Assembly (NCBI GenBank): GCA_951406725.2
Contig: OX597814.1
Location: 135,098,001-135,162,000 of the forward strand
Direction of reading: 5' to 3'
Origin: Octopus vulgaris
Lineage: Eukaryota
DNA length: 64,000 bases
The position numbers and the translations under genes were made by a program. The notes under the pieces were generated by a model that was not told the DNA's origin, made no database searches, and saw nothing but the letters and a program-made list of their open reading frames with translations. Numbering within the stretch: the first letter of the stretch is position 1; the number at the start of each line of letters is the position of its first letter. Below, piece by piece: positions 49,892 through 62,074 of this stretch.

Positions 49892-51395
49892 GCATCATCA
49901 TCATTTAGCATTTGTTGTTTGTCCATGCCGGCATGGGTTAGATGGTTTAACCAGGGCTGGCAAGCTGAAAGGCTGCACCAGACTCTGATTTGGCATGGTT
50001 TCTATGGCTGGATACTCTTCTTAATGCCAACCACTCCAAGAGTTTAATGGGTGATTTTATGTGCCACTGGCATGGGTGCCATTTGCATGACACTGGTATC
50101 TGCCATGACTGCGATTTTATTTGGCTTGATGGGTCTTCTCAATCATGACATAATACCAAAGGTCTCAGTAATTGCCTCCATGAGGGCCAATACTCAAAAA
50201 GAGCTTTTCACATGCCACTGGCATCAGCCACTTTGCCTCCATGAGACCCAATGCTCAAAAGGTGCTTTTTACATGCCACTGGCACGGGTGCCAGTATGTG
50301 ACACCAGCATCAGCCATGACTATGATTTCACTTGGCTTGATGGGTCTTCTTAAGCACAGTATATTGCCAAACGTCTCTGTGAGGCCCAAAGTTTGAAGAT
50401 CATACTTCACCACCTCATCTCATGTCTTTCTGGGTCTAACTCTACCACAGGTTACCTCCATAGAGATCAGTACTTCTTTACACAGCTGTCCTAGTCCCTA
50501 TGCATCACATGACCATATCAGTGCAGTCATCTCTCTTGCACACCACATCTGATGCCTCTGAAGAATACTGACTTCATTTCTTTCAAGCCTACACATGTCC
50601 TCGGCTGTTACAGCCCATGTTTCACTGCCTTGCAGTGTAGCTGTTTGCACACAGGCATCATAAAATCTGCCTTTCACTCTGCTAGGTTAACTCTAAGGCT
50701 CTTCAATTCTAGACCTTGCTTCCATACCTGAAACTTCTTCTCTAGTTCTGGTAGTGATTCAGCTATAAGAACAAGGTCATCAGGATAGAGGAGCTCCCAG
50801 GCAGCCTGACTTAAATTCCACTGTTATTGCCTGGAGGAATATGATGAACAAGAGAGAGCTGAGGACTGATCTTTGGTGAACCCCTACTTGTACCCTGAAT
50901 TCTTCACTGCACTTGTTTCCAACCCTCACCTCAATGGTAGTGTCTCTGTACATGGCTTGTAAAGCTCTCACCAACCACTCATCTATCCCTAGTTTCCACA
51001 TTAACTGCCAGATAAGGGATCGGGGGACCCTGTCAAAGGCTTTCTCCATGTCAACAAAAGCCAAGTACAGAGGTTTATCTTTGGCTATGTATTTCTCCTA
51101 CAGCTGCCTTACCAGAAATATAGCATCTGTGGTGCTTCTCCCTGGCACAAAACCAAACTGCATCTCATCTAGACTAAATCTTTCCATAATTAGTTGGGTT
51201 ATGACCCTCTCTGTAACTTTCATCACTTGATCCAACAATTTGATACCTCTGTAATTATTTCTATCTCAGGCATCACCTTTACCTTTGTAGCAGTTGACTA
51301 TAGTGCTGCTACACCAGTCACTGGGTATGACTCTTTCAAGAACCACCTGATTTACAATATGGGTGACTAGACCATAACCAACCCTGCCAGATATT
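49892..51395 (-). mobile_element. RTE-clade LINE 3' fragment (RT domain to GAT-repeat tail)
   Basis: AFVDMEKAFDRVPRSLIW, GVHQRSVLSSLLFII, LY.DDLV motifs; ends in (GAT)n tail shared with family A. Confidence 0.88.
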
Positions 51396-52031
51396 TACAA
51401 ATTATTATTTATAACTCTATCTGCTTCAAGTTACACTATTCCAAAAGAGATTTATACTGTGTTTATATAATCATGTTAAATATTGTGATGAAAGAAACTT
51501 TAAGTTGTATTTCTCATGGCAGACAGATGCGGGGTGAGGACAAAGGGATGGCCAATTTGTCATATTTAATAAAAGTAAGCTGGTTTTTAAAATGTTAAAA
51601 TTGCTCAACACCACAATGAAGAAAGAACTGTATAGGTGCACACACTATTAAGAAAGGCGGGATACAGGCAAAAACTTCACTAGTATTTCTGAGAGTGAGT
51701 GGACTGATATTAGTCAGTCTGAGAATCACTGCTTTAACACTTTGGTTACCTTATTCCTGTTGATATACACTGCCTTTGTTTCAATTAATTTTGAAAATAA
51801 TTAAGAGTTTAGCAAAGTAATTTAATCATTATTAAACTGGTGTTTGGAACATAAATTAAGTCAGAAATTTGTTGGAAAATTTTAATTTGGATCACTTTAA
51901 AACAGAAAACTTATATCATAGAACCAGGGTCAGTCTCAGGCAGGTTGATATCAAAACAGTTAAAGCACATTTTCATCTAATGCAAACTTCCATGGTTTTG
52001 AAAAGGAAAAAAATGTAGTAGATTTTTTGCT

Positions 52032-52738
52032 CACAGATTTTAAAATTATTTTTTAAACTAAACAGCTTGAAACTTCTATACTGGTGTAATTTCTTATGCT
52101 GAACATGGTTCACTTTCAACATTTTTGACAAAATTTTGTATTTTAGAAGTTATTTCATGTTAAAGTTGTTGTATTTGGGTAATTTTAACCAATCAACGAC
52201 GTGTATTCAGTCGAAGAAAGCTACTGCTCTAATCAAAGAGCAACGATTTTCCAGGTCATCTCTACTAAAAGTCACCACTCTATTTTCTGTTCTGTTTTAT
52301 TTTTGTTTATTGTCTGTGTGGCATATTTACATGCTTTTTGATCACCACTTTGTACATTTGTATTTTTACCACTCGTACAAAGAGGCGATCGAAAAGCAAA
52401 CAAAAAAAAAACAAAAAAAAAACAAAGCGTGTAATATGCCACACAGGCAATAAACAAGAATAAAATAGAACATAGAAAATAGAAGATAGAGTGGTGACAT
52501 TTTGTAGAGATGACCCGAAAGTTGTTGCTCTTCAATTACAGCAGTAGCTTTCTTCAGCTGAATACACATCGTTGATTGGTTAAAATTACCCAAATACAAC
52601 AACTTTAACATGAAATAACTTCTAAAATACAAAATTTTGTCAAAAATGTTGAAAGTAAACCATGTTCAGCATGAGAAATTACACCAGTATACAATTTTCA
52701 AACTGTTTAGTTAAAAAAAATAATTTTTAAATCTGTGA
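52032..52738. mobile_element. Long-TIR MITE/foldback element (~300 bp arms)
   Basis: TCACAGATTTTAAAATTA.. versus ..TTTAAATCTGTGA; mirrored ORFs 52136+ and 52632- translate near-identically. Confidence 0.8.
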
Positions 52739-52824
52739 ATGAAACTGAAGAGATCTGATTTTTTTTCAAATTGAAGTAAACAATTGAGATTAGGAATTTT
52801 TAAAAACAAAAATCTTTTTAGTAT

Positions 52825-53017
52825 TTAACCCTTTAGCATTTAAACCAGCCACATCTGGCCAAAATATTCTACCTGCTTTATGTTCAAACTTGTCAGAGCT
52901 GGCCTCTCATACCAACCCTACATTATCATTCTAAAAAATTAAGTTACCTCATCGAACACTCAAAATTACAAAATAATGCATTACTTTTGACAAACTAATG
53001 TGAATGCTAAAGGGTTA
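52825..53017. mobile_element. piggyBac-type MITE, second family; relatives at ~30500-30870 and ~34064-34274
   Basis: TTAACCCTTTAGCATT..AATGCTAAAGGGTTAA. Confidence 0.78.
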
Positions 53018-54527
53018 AATCCATACTACATTTTGTCTAGTTTGATCTTTGATTATCATAAAATGCTTTATTCTTGGATGTGCACATAATAACAAACTAA
53101 TTTTGGAAAAAGAATCACAGTAAACCCTCGGTTTAATACATTTCAAATTTAATGGAATAATAATAATACAATACAGTACTACTATGATGGTCACAGCAAA
53201 ATACTTTTCTACTATACAGTCAAAAAGGTAAGTAAAAAGCACATATGCATTATTATGAGTTAATAATTTTATATTGTACAGTTTTGCATATTGTATTAAA
53301 ACAGATTTTCTTTTTACATTAAAAATGATTAGAAAATTAGTTTACCTTTGATTTAACAGAGTTTTGGCAATAATAGAAATACCTGCCTGCCTCTATGAAA
53401 TCAAGGATTTACTCTATAAAATTGAAATTAAGTCCATACTTTGAATATAGCTTGTTTCTACTTGTATGTATACATTTTGAACTGATCAAAACAGCATAGG
53501 TGCAAATATTGCAAAAAATTATCAGTTTCAAAGATAAATTAGCTTGAAAATTTATAATAGAACACATTTCAGACACTTAGATATTTGAATAAATGCTTTA
53601 AATACACCTATTTTCAGTTATGAACCCTGAAAAGAAAAAGGAGAGAAGGGAATTGATTTTTGATTCTGCTCTTGTAAGTATTAGAAGAGAATTAACTAAG
53701 ACAAATGACTATGCCATGGTTTGTGAGTTGTAATTTACTGCACAGAAGCATGTTTTTGTGTCTGGGAAGTGCGTCTAATTTGATTTGCATCAGTTTTTCT
53801 TGTGATGTTCATGGCCTTTTAATGATATTAATGAAAGTAGAATGGGGAAAAAAACAGTCCTGTAACTATTCTCTCTGAAGCAGGGGAAAGAGCATTCACC
53901 TGTCAGTAGTGATTAAATATTATTTAACCAGACAAATTCATAAAGTCAAACCTTGTAACTACATCTATTGTTAATCCCTACTTTTCATAAGCACACCAAC
54001 ATACTTGTAATTCCAATTCATTCAAGAACCTATATATGATATATTTGTATAGCTGAGGTAAATATCAATGGGCTTTATTTGAATTAATTTGCCTGACAAA
54101 TGGTTCTAACACTTCACAGTTGAGTTGTTAGTAACAATAACATCTATTAAAATTACAGTAGTCATAGCCAGTGTTAGCATTCAATTCAGGGTGTAACAAA
54201 AAAGTTACATTGAAAAACAAATGCAGTTTTCATTCTTTTGACAAATATGGAAGACAGTTCTAGACATATTCAGATTTTATGAAACCTCTTCAATGGACAA
54301 CAATGATATATTTTCTGAATATTTCTATTTTTTCTACAGCAATCAATCAATGTATATTTTTGTTCATTTATTTAGTTATTCTCTCAACAATGCTTCAGCA
54401 CATACAGTTAAATATATGCTTAGCTAATGAGATCTAATAAGATTGAAATACATCCAAAGTTGTTTATCATACATGCTCTTTTTTAAAATCTTCCAGTCAT
54501 TAAATATACTTTCATGTATTCATTGTA

Positions 54528-54561
<34 letters not shown>

Positions 54562-55959
54562 CTTTCCTCTATTAATCTCGTAAATATGTGAATAGCTATG
54601 TTTTGCTGAAGAGGTCTAATAAAATTGAAACATGTCCAGAGTTGTCATTTTGTCTGCTAAAGCTCAAACTATTCTTCTCTCACTATGTTGCCTATTTCTT
54701 ATATAAAGACTAGGAAACAAGCCCATTTCAAAGAGCAGTTTTAAAAATTATTTTTGAGTTATTGCACTTATCTTTGCTGGTTGATTTAAGCATAATTCAT
54801 GAATATAATGTTGACTAACGAAAGTTATCATGCTCACCACACTGTATTACTGGTTATTTCACCATCTATAATCTAATGTGTTTACTAAAGAAGCTGCACT
54901 TCTGCCGAAGAGCTTTAACAAAAGCTAAGTTGGTCCAGAGTTCCCTCCCATACTTTCCAAGTAAAAGAAAAAAAAAAAAATGCTGATCGTTAACTAACAT
55001 TATTTAATGTGTAAAAATAATATCATCAAGTAATATTACTTCTTAATGTAAGGTGGTGAGCTGGCATAATCATTACTGTGCCAGGTAAAATGCTTAGCTG
55101 TATTTTGTCTGTCTTTACATTCCGAGTTCAAATGTTACTGAGGTCGACTTTGGGGTTGATAAAATAAGGACCAGTTGAGCATGAGTTGATGTAATCAACT
55201 TACACGCCCACCTCCAAATTGCTGGCCTTGTGCCAAAGATTGAAGCCAATATTACTTCCTAATTTCAATATACTTTTGATTTTTAATGCTCAAATCATTC
55301 AACAAGTGGATGGTCCTTGAGTGCTTTTAGCAACATTCAAACTGTAGACAGCATTAGGATCAACCCTCATGTTTGTAGTAGAGATATTTAAGCTGGACAC
55401 CAACTGCAATCTTATTAGTCTTGGAAGGAACTATAAAGATTATAGGTACTGTCCCCTCCTCTGATGACTAACTTATGTAACTGAAAAAATAAAATAATAT
55501 CTTGGTCATTACAAAACTTAGGTGAGAGCTGTATAAACCATGTTAACTGGCACACTGTCGGTTACAACGATGAGGGTTCCACATGATACCTGTTCGTGAT
55601 TAACAGAACAGCCTGCTCGTGATTAACGTGCATGTGGCTGACCACTCCACAGACACGTGTACCCTTAACGTAGTTCTCAGGGAGATTCTGTGTGACACAG
55701 AGTATGACAAGGCTGGCCCTTTGAAATACAGGTACAACTCATTTTTGCCAGCAGAGTGGACTGGAGCAGCGTGAATTAAAGTGTCTTGCTCAAGGATACA
55801 ATGCCTTGCCGGACATTGAACTTACGACCTTGTGACAGTGAGCTGAATACTCTAACCACCTAATGACCTAGATTTCAAAGCTGAATCTATTGAAGTATTA
55901 GGGGATACATTCTAAATGCAGATGTAAAGAAAAGTAGGAATTCTAGATGATGTATTTAA

Positions 55960-56445
55960 TGTAAACAAAGAGTTCATGATGTATGTGGGATTACAAGTTA
56001 GCTGATAGAGAAGACCTCGTTTGCAACAGATGCACTGAAATCGCTAACACGAAGAGCACCCATAATGTAAATCATTATAAATACCCAGAGGGCTCGCCAG
56101 AAGTAGTTAATAGCTTCCATTATTTAACTGACCTAATTTGCAGGGGAGGAGGGTATCCCAAAAGCATAGAAATCAATATAAGAATGGGTAGGAAAAACTT
56201 AAGGAGTTATATCTCTGGCAACAAGGGGATTTTCTCTCCAAGTGAAAGAAAGATTGTATGACACAAGTAGACAAAGTGCAATGCTGCACAACAGTGAAAC
56301 ACGGGCACTGAATGCAGAGGATGTGTGAAGATTTGAAAGAAATGAAGCAAACATGTTTTCTGGATGTGTAATAAGTATGAATGATGGAGCACTAATGAAG
56401 AGAAAAACAGGGGTATAAAAGGAATCAGGTGTGTACAAAGGAGTA
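55960..56445 (+). mobile_element. Decayed RTE-clade LINE fragment
   Basis: LVCNRC..EVVNSFHYL, similar to 22170 copy. Confidence 0.65.
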
Positions 56446-56807
56446 AAGAAATGTTAAGTGATTTAAATAGAAGTTAATCTGTTCTACTCTGCAAATGACG
56501 AATACTAAAGACATGAAAAGTGGTAAAAGCTAATTTTGGGAGACCTCATGTAGGAGAGGACAAAAAAATTGTGCATGTAAGCATTGAAAACGATGTATGC
56601 TGATGAAGAATAATAGAAACACTTCCTTGACAGAATACAAATAACAAAGTTTTGGGAAAACCATCTATCAACTCATTCTGGTATAGAAAAGAAGTTGGAA
56701 TATATTTTCATAGGATAACCTTTCTTATCACTGAAAATTGATAATGAATTTTTATTTAAATGGGGAACAAAATAAAGGCTAAAATAATGGGCGAAGTTTC
56801 GCATGTC

Positions 56808-57723
56808 GTAGCACAGATTTCCGTCGATTTCCGTAAAAAACTTTTATTTTTTTTTACATAAGTAATGAGAGCGAAAGAGACTAAGAGGAAGCGATTTTAT
56901 GACGAGAAGGTTTCACTTTGAAATCGGCCTGTGTGTGTTTGATGGGGTGTGGGAGACAGACAGTATGTTGTGTAAGTGAAGTGCTTCTGTTAGTGTGTGC
57001 GAAGAGACAGAGAGAGTAATGTGTGAAAGAGAGAGATAACTGATTTTTTACTCGGTGTATGTGTATATGTATGTATGCATGTATGTGTGTGTGTATGTAT
57101 CTATGTATGTGTGTGTGTGTAAGTATGTGTGTGTGTATGTATGTATGTATGGCCGATTCATCGTAATTTTTTACTCGGTGTATGTGTATATGTATGTCTG
57201 CATGTATGTGTGTGTGTGTATGTATCTATGTATGTGTGTATGTGTATGTATGTATGTGTGTATGTATGTATGGTCGATTCAGTGTAATTTTTTACTCGGT
57301 GTATGTGTATATGTATGTCTGCATGTATGTGTGTGTGTGTATGTATCTATGTGTGTGTGTGTGTGTGTAAGTATGTGTGTGTGTATGTATGTATGTATGT
57401 ATGTGTGTATGTATGTATGTATGTATGTGTGTGTATGTATCTATGTATGTGTGTGTGTGTATGTATGTATGTATGGCCGATTCATCGTAATTTTTTACTC
57501 GGTGTATGTGTATATGTATGTCTGTCTCTTCGCACACACTAACAGAAGCACTTCACTTACACAACATACTGTCTGTCTCCCACACCCCATCAAACACACA
57601 CAGGCCGACTTCAAAGTGAAACCTTCTCGTCGTAAAATCGCTTCCTCTTAGTCTCTTTCGCTCTCATTACTTATGTAAAAAAATAAAAGTTTTTTACGGA
57701 AATCGACGGAAATCTGTGCTACT
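56808..57723. mobile_element. Young MITE with ~200 bp TIRs and internal ~120 bp (TG/TATG)-rich tandem array
   Basis: GTAGCACAGATTTCCGTCG.. versus ..CGACGGAAATCTGTGCTAC; four copies of TTTTTACTCGGTGTATGTGTATATG anchor inside. Confidence 0.82.
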
Positions 57724-58249
57724 ACAACCGAAACTATAGGAAATAGGCGATAATGTTATAAATTGAACAGAAACTGTGTAGGTAAAATACATAATGGTAA
57801 AAGTTACAACAGTAAATGTTGTAAAAGATTACGTTTTTTACAGAGGAAAATAATCAGAATTATTAGGGAAAACTGCAATTCTTCCTATAGTTTAGAATCC
57901 TTTTTCTATATAAAAGAGGATTAGCTAATGAAATGAAGTAAAATTACTTCAACTATAAATCACTGAGTTCCTAACATCTCACGATTTAAAGTTGCATATT
58001 GAATTAATTTCATATTGTAGAACTTCATACTAACTGGTAATAATTGCCATGCATACTATGAGAATCCGAGTTTCCTTTCGAAACTATTCTAGCAGTGTAA
58101 TGTAATAATTTGTCTAGTAAAGGAATTTATATTTGAGACTCTAACTAGAATATGCAGCATTTTTCTGGGGAGCATATAAAAAAAAATAAACAAAAAATAT
58201 ATCAGTGGAATCTCAATGCCAAGATTCATTATACCCTACTCTACATAAT

Positions 58250-59200
58250 TACAACAGATTGGAAAATACCTTAAGTAGCACCAAACAGGCTCAAGAGTAA
58301 CGAATGAACGAAAATATATTTTCAGCTCATAAGAGTTTTTAAGAAATGGCTTAAGTTTTATTGCATGTAATCAAATGGAATCGTTATTTAAATTTCATCA
58401 CTTAGTTCTGATATTGAGTAAATACTAAATTGAAGTCCTGTTCAGATCTTGATAAAATTCACACCGGTAATATAGTGTCCGATTCATATCAAATAGAAAT
58501 ATCGCTGGTGGGAGAAGAAAATGAAAGTGTCCACAACGACAATATGGGATCAACAAAAATATTACTTTTTACGAACGAATAGATACCGCTATTTAATTTG
58601 GGTTTTTTTTCCGCTCCTACAAAAAAAAAACAAACAACGAAAAAACCCCAGCAAATCCAGTGCAGCAAAGAACGTAATTTCTTCGGATGTTCTACGCATC
58701 CTAAATTTGTTTTCTTTTTGCAGAGTTATAATTTATGATGCTTAAAGCATACAGAGAAATTACTATTATTTTTTTCCAAACTGGATAATTTTAGACTTTT
58801 GTCTTTATGTACGCCTTTATATATATATATAAAATAAAACCCAGGAGGGAAGGACAGTGCATTCTCATAATGGGGATCTGGCCCTAATGTTTACGAGAGG
58901 GAATCCTGCTAAAAGCACTTAAAACGCCAGTGGGTGGTGTTAAGCCGGGCGATGGTTAAGTACCGCCCAAGTAGACAATGGCGGGATTTGAGCTCAGAAC
59001 GCCAAGAATCAAATCAAATACTACAAGACATCCCATCAGAGGCTTAAACTATTCTACCAGATATTAATATTTAAGCAATATTTTGCAACATTGCCAATAT
59101 TTACTAATAAAGTGACGATCGATGAAACGTGGAAAGCAAGATTTCAAAAAATCGTTTCAGTAGCTTGGTTTCATGTAGTAAGCTTTTTTCATTACACTTA
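58250..59200. promoter_or_regulatory. Relatively CpG-rich non-repetitive region, possible EEA1 (bidirectional) promoter / first non-coding exon
   Basis: CG dinucleotides visibly more frequent than in the introns; minus-strand donor AAG|GTATTT at 58270/58269. Confidence 0.3.
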
Positions 59201-59392
59201 GATCATTAAACCCTTGTGTGGCAGAAGATTCTTTTCATTTCACCCTCCCTATAAAAGGATTTTACCAAGTCAAAGCAACCACTTATTGGATTATAATTTC
59301 GATTCCTACTTGAAATTAATTTCATTTCATTTGCTTTTAGTAAGGACATGGATATTACATTTAATTTCTTTCGACTGGGTGCATTCAAGGCG

Positions 59393-59429
<37 letters not shown>

Positions 59430-59926
59430 ACAGGCGAATTTTTAATATTATACCCGTCTCACAAAACGGGTGTAAACTCTGATTGGAGGATTTTTACAAT
59501 AGCTACCACATCCTCGTGGAGAAGGTTAAAGCAAGAAACTGAGTGGCTGTTTCCTTTTGTGAAAGAATTTTTTGTCCAAAATATTTTTTTTTTCTTTTAC
59601 ATTTTTACTATTACACTCGTCTCACGAGACTGGTGTAATAGTGTAAAAAGATTTTTAAAACCCCTCAACCTCAGGGGTGGAAAAAAATACTATTCTGATA
59701 GCAGGTGCTGCGCAAGGCTCTATTTTCCACGAACTCTGTTTCGATTCCCAATATACTTGGAAAAGGCACCAATATCACAGGTTTCAATTTTCTTACACTC
59801 TGTAAATCAATTAAATTCATATCGATACAAGAAATATTGTTTCGGACTAGGTATCGTGCAAACTTTGGCAGACGAATCAACAAGTTTTTATGTCACCGCC
59901 CCCAACAAAGTACACATATTAAAGCA

Positions 59927-60258
59927 ATGTTCAACACCTTAAAAGAACACAAATTGCTGCAGCTAGCTTATATGATAGAAAATGATAAGTTACAAATCAA
60001 CAGTGTTCGAGATGGTCAATTGTTAACAAACATATTGGAGAATTTTCTTTTGTTGACATTGAATAAAGCACATTACGCCGAAAGAGAAAGTTTTTTTCTA
60101 GAAAATATATTCAGATATAATAATAAAGGAAATCAGGATGTGTCTTTAAAATTACCTTGTCAGAGTCCTTTTTTGTTAGGAATCGACGAAGCATTTTCCA
60201 GTAATTTTGATTATCGTGAATATTTAAAAATTATTTTTAAAGATTTAATTCCTTGGAA
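59927..60258 (+). CDS. Candidate coding exon of an unidentified plus-strand gene (MFNTLKEHKLLQLAY..DLIPW)
   Basis: Part of a 185-codon stop-free non-repetitive frame; ATG at 59927, possible donor AA|GTAAAT after 60258; no homology recognised. Confidence 0.35.
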
Positions 60259-60901
60259 GTAAATTGCTTTCAAACAGAAACACCGCCATAACAGAACGTT
60301 CTTTATTCATATAATAGTGTACAGTCGACAATATAAAGAGACCACTGTCATACAAAGAACTTCAGCCGAACTCGTTTTTATCATATCACATTATAAGGAC
60401 AGGATTGATCAAATTGCTTAATTTTCTTGCATGCAATGTAGGTCAATGTGTTTCTATTTGCTTGCTTCTTTGTGATATATACAAAAAAAGCCTATGTACG
60501 TTTCGATTCTAGCCTATGAATAAATGCATAATTTCAAGAATTGGATTAAACCCAATGGTGAGAATCAATTATCATTTTGAATAATATAGGGTAGAATCTC
60601 TCAAGGGTTTTGGTCTTTTAAAAAAAGGAAGGTTACATGCTTATGGAAACGATTAAATTTAATCCCTTCCATAATCATGTAATTCAAAAATTTATTTGTA
60701 TTCAGATTTTATCTTGGAATGATGTTAACAAATTAATTTACATCCTTACCAACTCTCCATTTTCTCATCTTTTATGAAATAATACTTATAATAATCCCAT
60801 ACATATTGTGGGTTCTTTCTTCGAATATGTTGGTGATTAAACCCGTGAAATTTTTGATATATTAATCCCTTAGGAGGATAAGACATCCTTGACTTGACTG
60901 A

Positions 60902-60944
<43 letters not shown>

Positions 60945-61094
60945 ATATATATATTTGAGTAGAAAAATGAAATATCTTTTTATGGATAATTCATTTAACC
61001 GATACCTGGGTAGCAAATTCACATCAGAAATAACACGGTTGAAGTTACGTGCCTAGGGCAGAGACTACGTGTTTTCGTGTGGAAATTTGTGTGT

Positions 61095-61438
61095 ATTTTT
61101 ATAAAATTTATGAATAAATGAAAGAATGGAGTTGAACGACAAATTAACAAATTTCCTTTATTTTCAACATATGTTTCGAAGGCTGCATATTCCTAATTAT
61201 GAAGGAATAAGGAGTACATTATGCCGCTTTCTCATCAGGAAAAACAAGGAATTTATGTCAGCATCAAGATTCACAAAAACTTTTAGATGACTGCTCTCAC
61301 GGAGAAAGCGGCATAATGTACTCCTTATTCCTTCACAATTAGGAATATGCAGCCTTCGAAACATATGTCGAAAATAAAGGAAATTTGTTAATTTGTCGTT
61401 CAACTCCATTCTTTCATTTATTCTTAAATTTTATAAAA

Positions 61439-61440
<2 letters not shown>
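61095..61440. mobile_element. Young fold-back element with full plus 5'-truncated inverted hammerhead (GAAACATATGT type)
   Basis: ~140 bp near-identical arms; minus arm CCTTGTTTTTC CTGATGAG..GAAAC ATAT GTT GAAAATAAAGG; plus arm begins at GAG and keeps GTC (61367-61369). Confidence 0.8.
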
Positions 61441-61471
<31 letters not shown>

Positions 61472-62034
61472 GGCACAGGCGTAGCTGTGTAGTAAGAAGC
61501 TCGCTTCCCAACCTTATGGTTTCAGCTTCAGTCCCACTGCTTGGCACCTTGGACAAGTGTCTTTTACTATAGCTTCAGGCCGAACCAACACCTTGAGAGT
61601 AGATTTAGTAGACAGAAACTGAAAGAAGCCCATTGTGTCTGTGTGTATGTGTGTGTGTGTGTGTGTGTGTATGCATGTGTATGTGTGTTTTTATATATAT
61701 GATTGAAGAAATTGGAGTCAACATGAAAGAGTACAGTTGGACAGTTATTCTTTAATCACTACAATTGTTTCCACACCACATGGTTCTCCAAAATTATAGG
61801 TATTTGGTTATGCAATTGTTTGCTTGTATAATGAGATCCCGTTGTGTTTCCTCGGTTGATATTCAAGTGTTGTCTCCGTTAGTTTAAAAACTTTGAATTC
61901 AAGTCCATCCCATCCATTCATCTCGGAAAATAATGCTATCAGATAGTATTATCTGGTAGCATCAGGTGGGCGACCTTTATTCTGTATGTTGTCAAGTTCT
62001 TAACAGAATATACCATAACTATTTATATGTATGC

Positions 62035-62074
<40 letters not shown>

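Noticed and set aside
57055-57651. 198-aa ORF rich in Y/V/C/M
   Set aside because: Translation of TG/TATG microsatellite inside a MITE
58620-58698. Minus-strand ATG MRRTSEEITFF as EEA1 start
   Set aside because: No in-phase donor found and no resemblance to EEA1 beyond MRR
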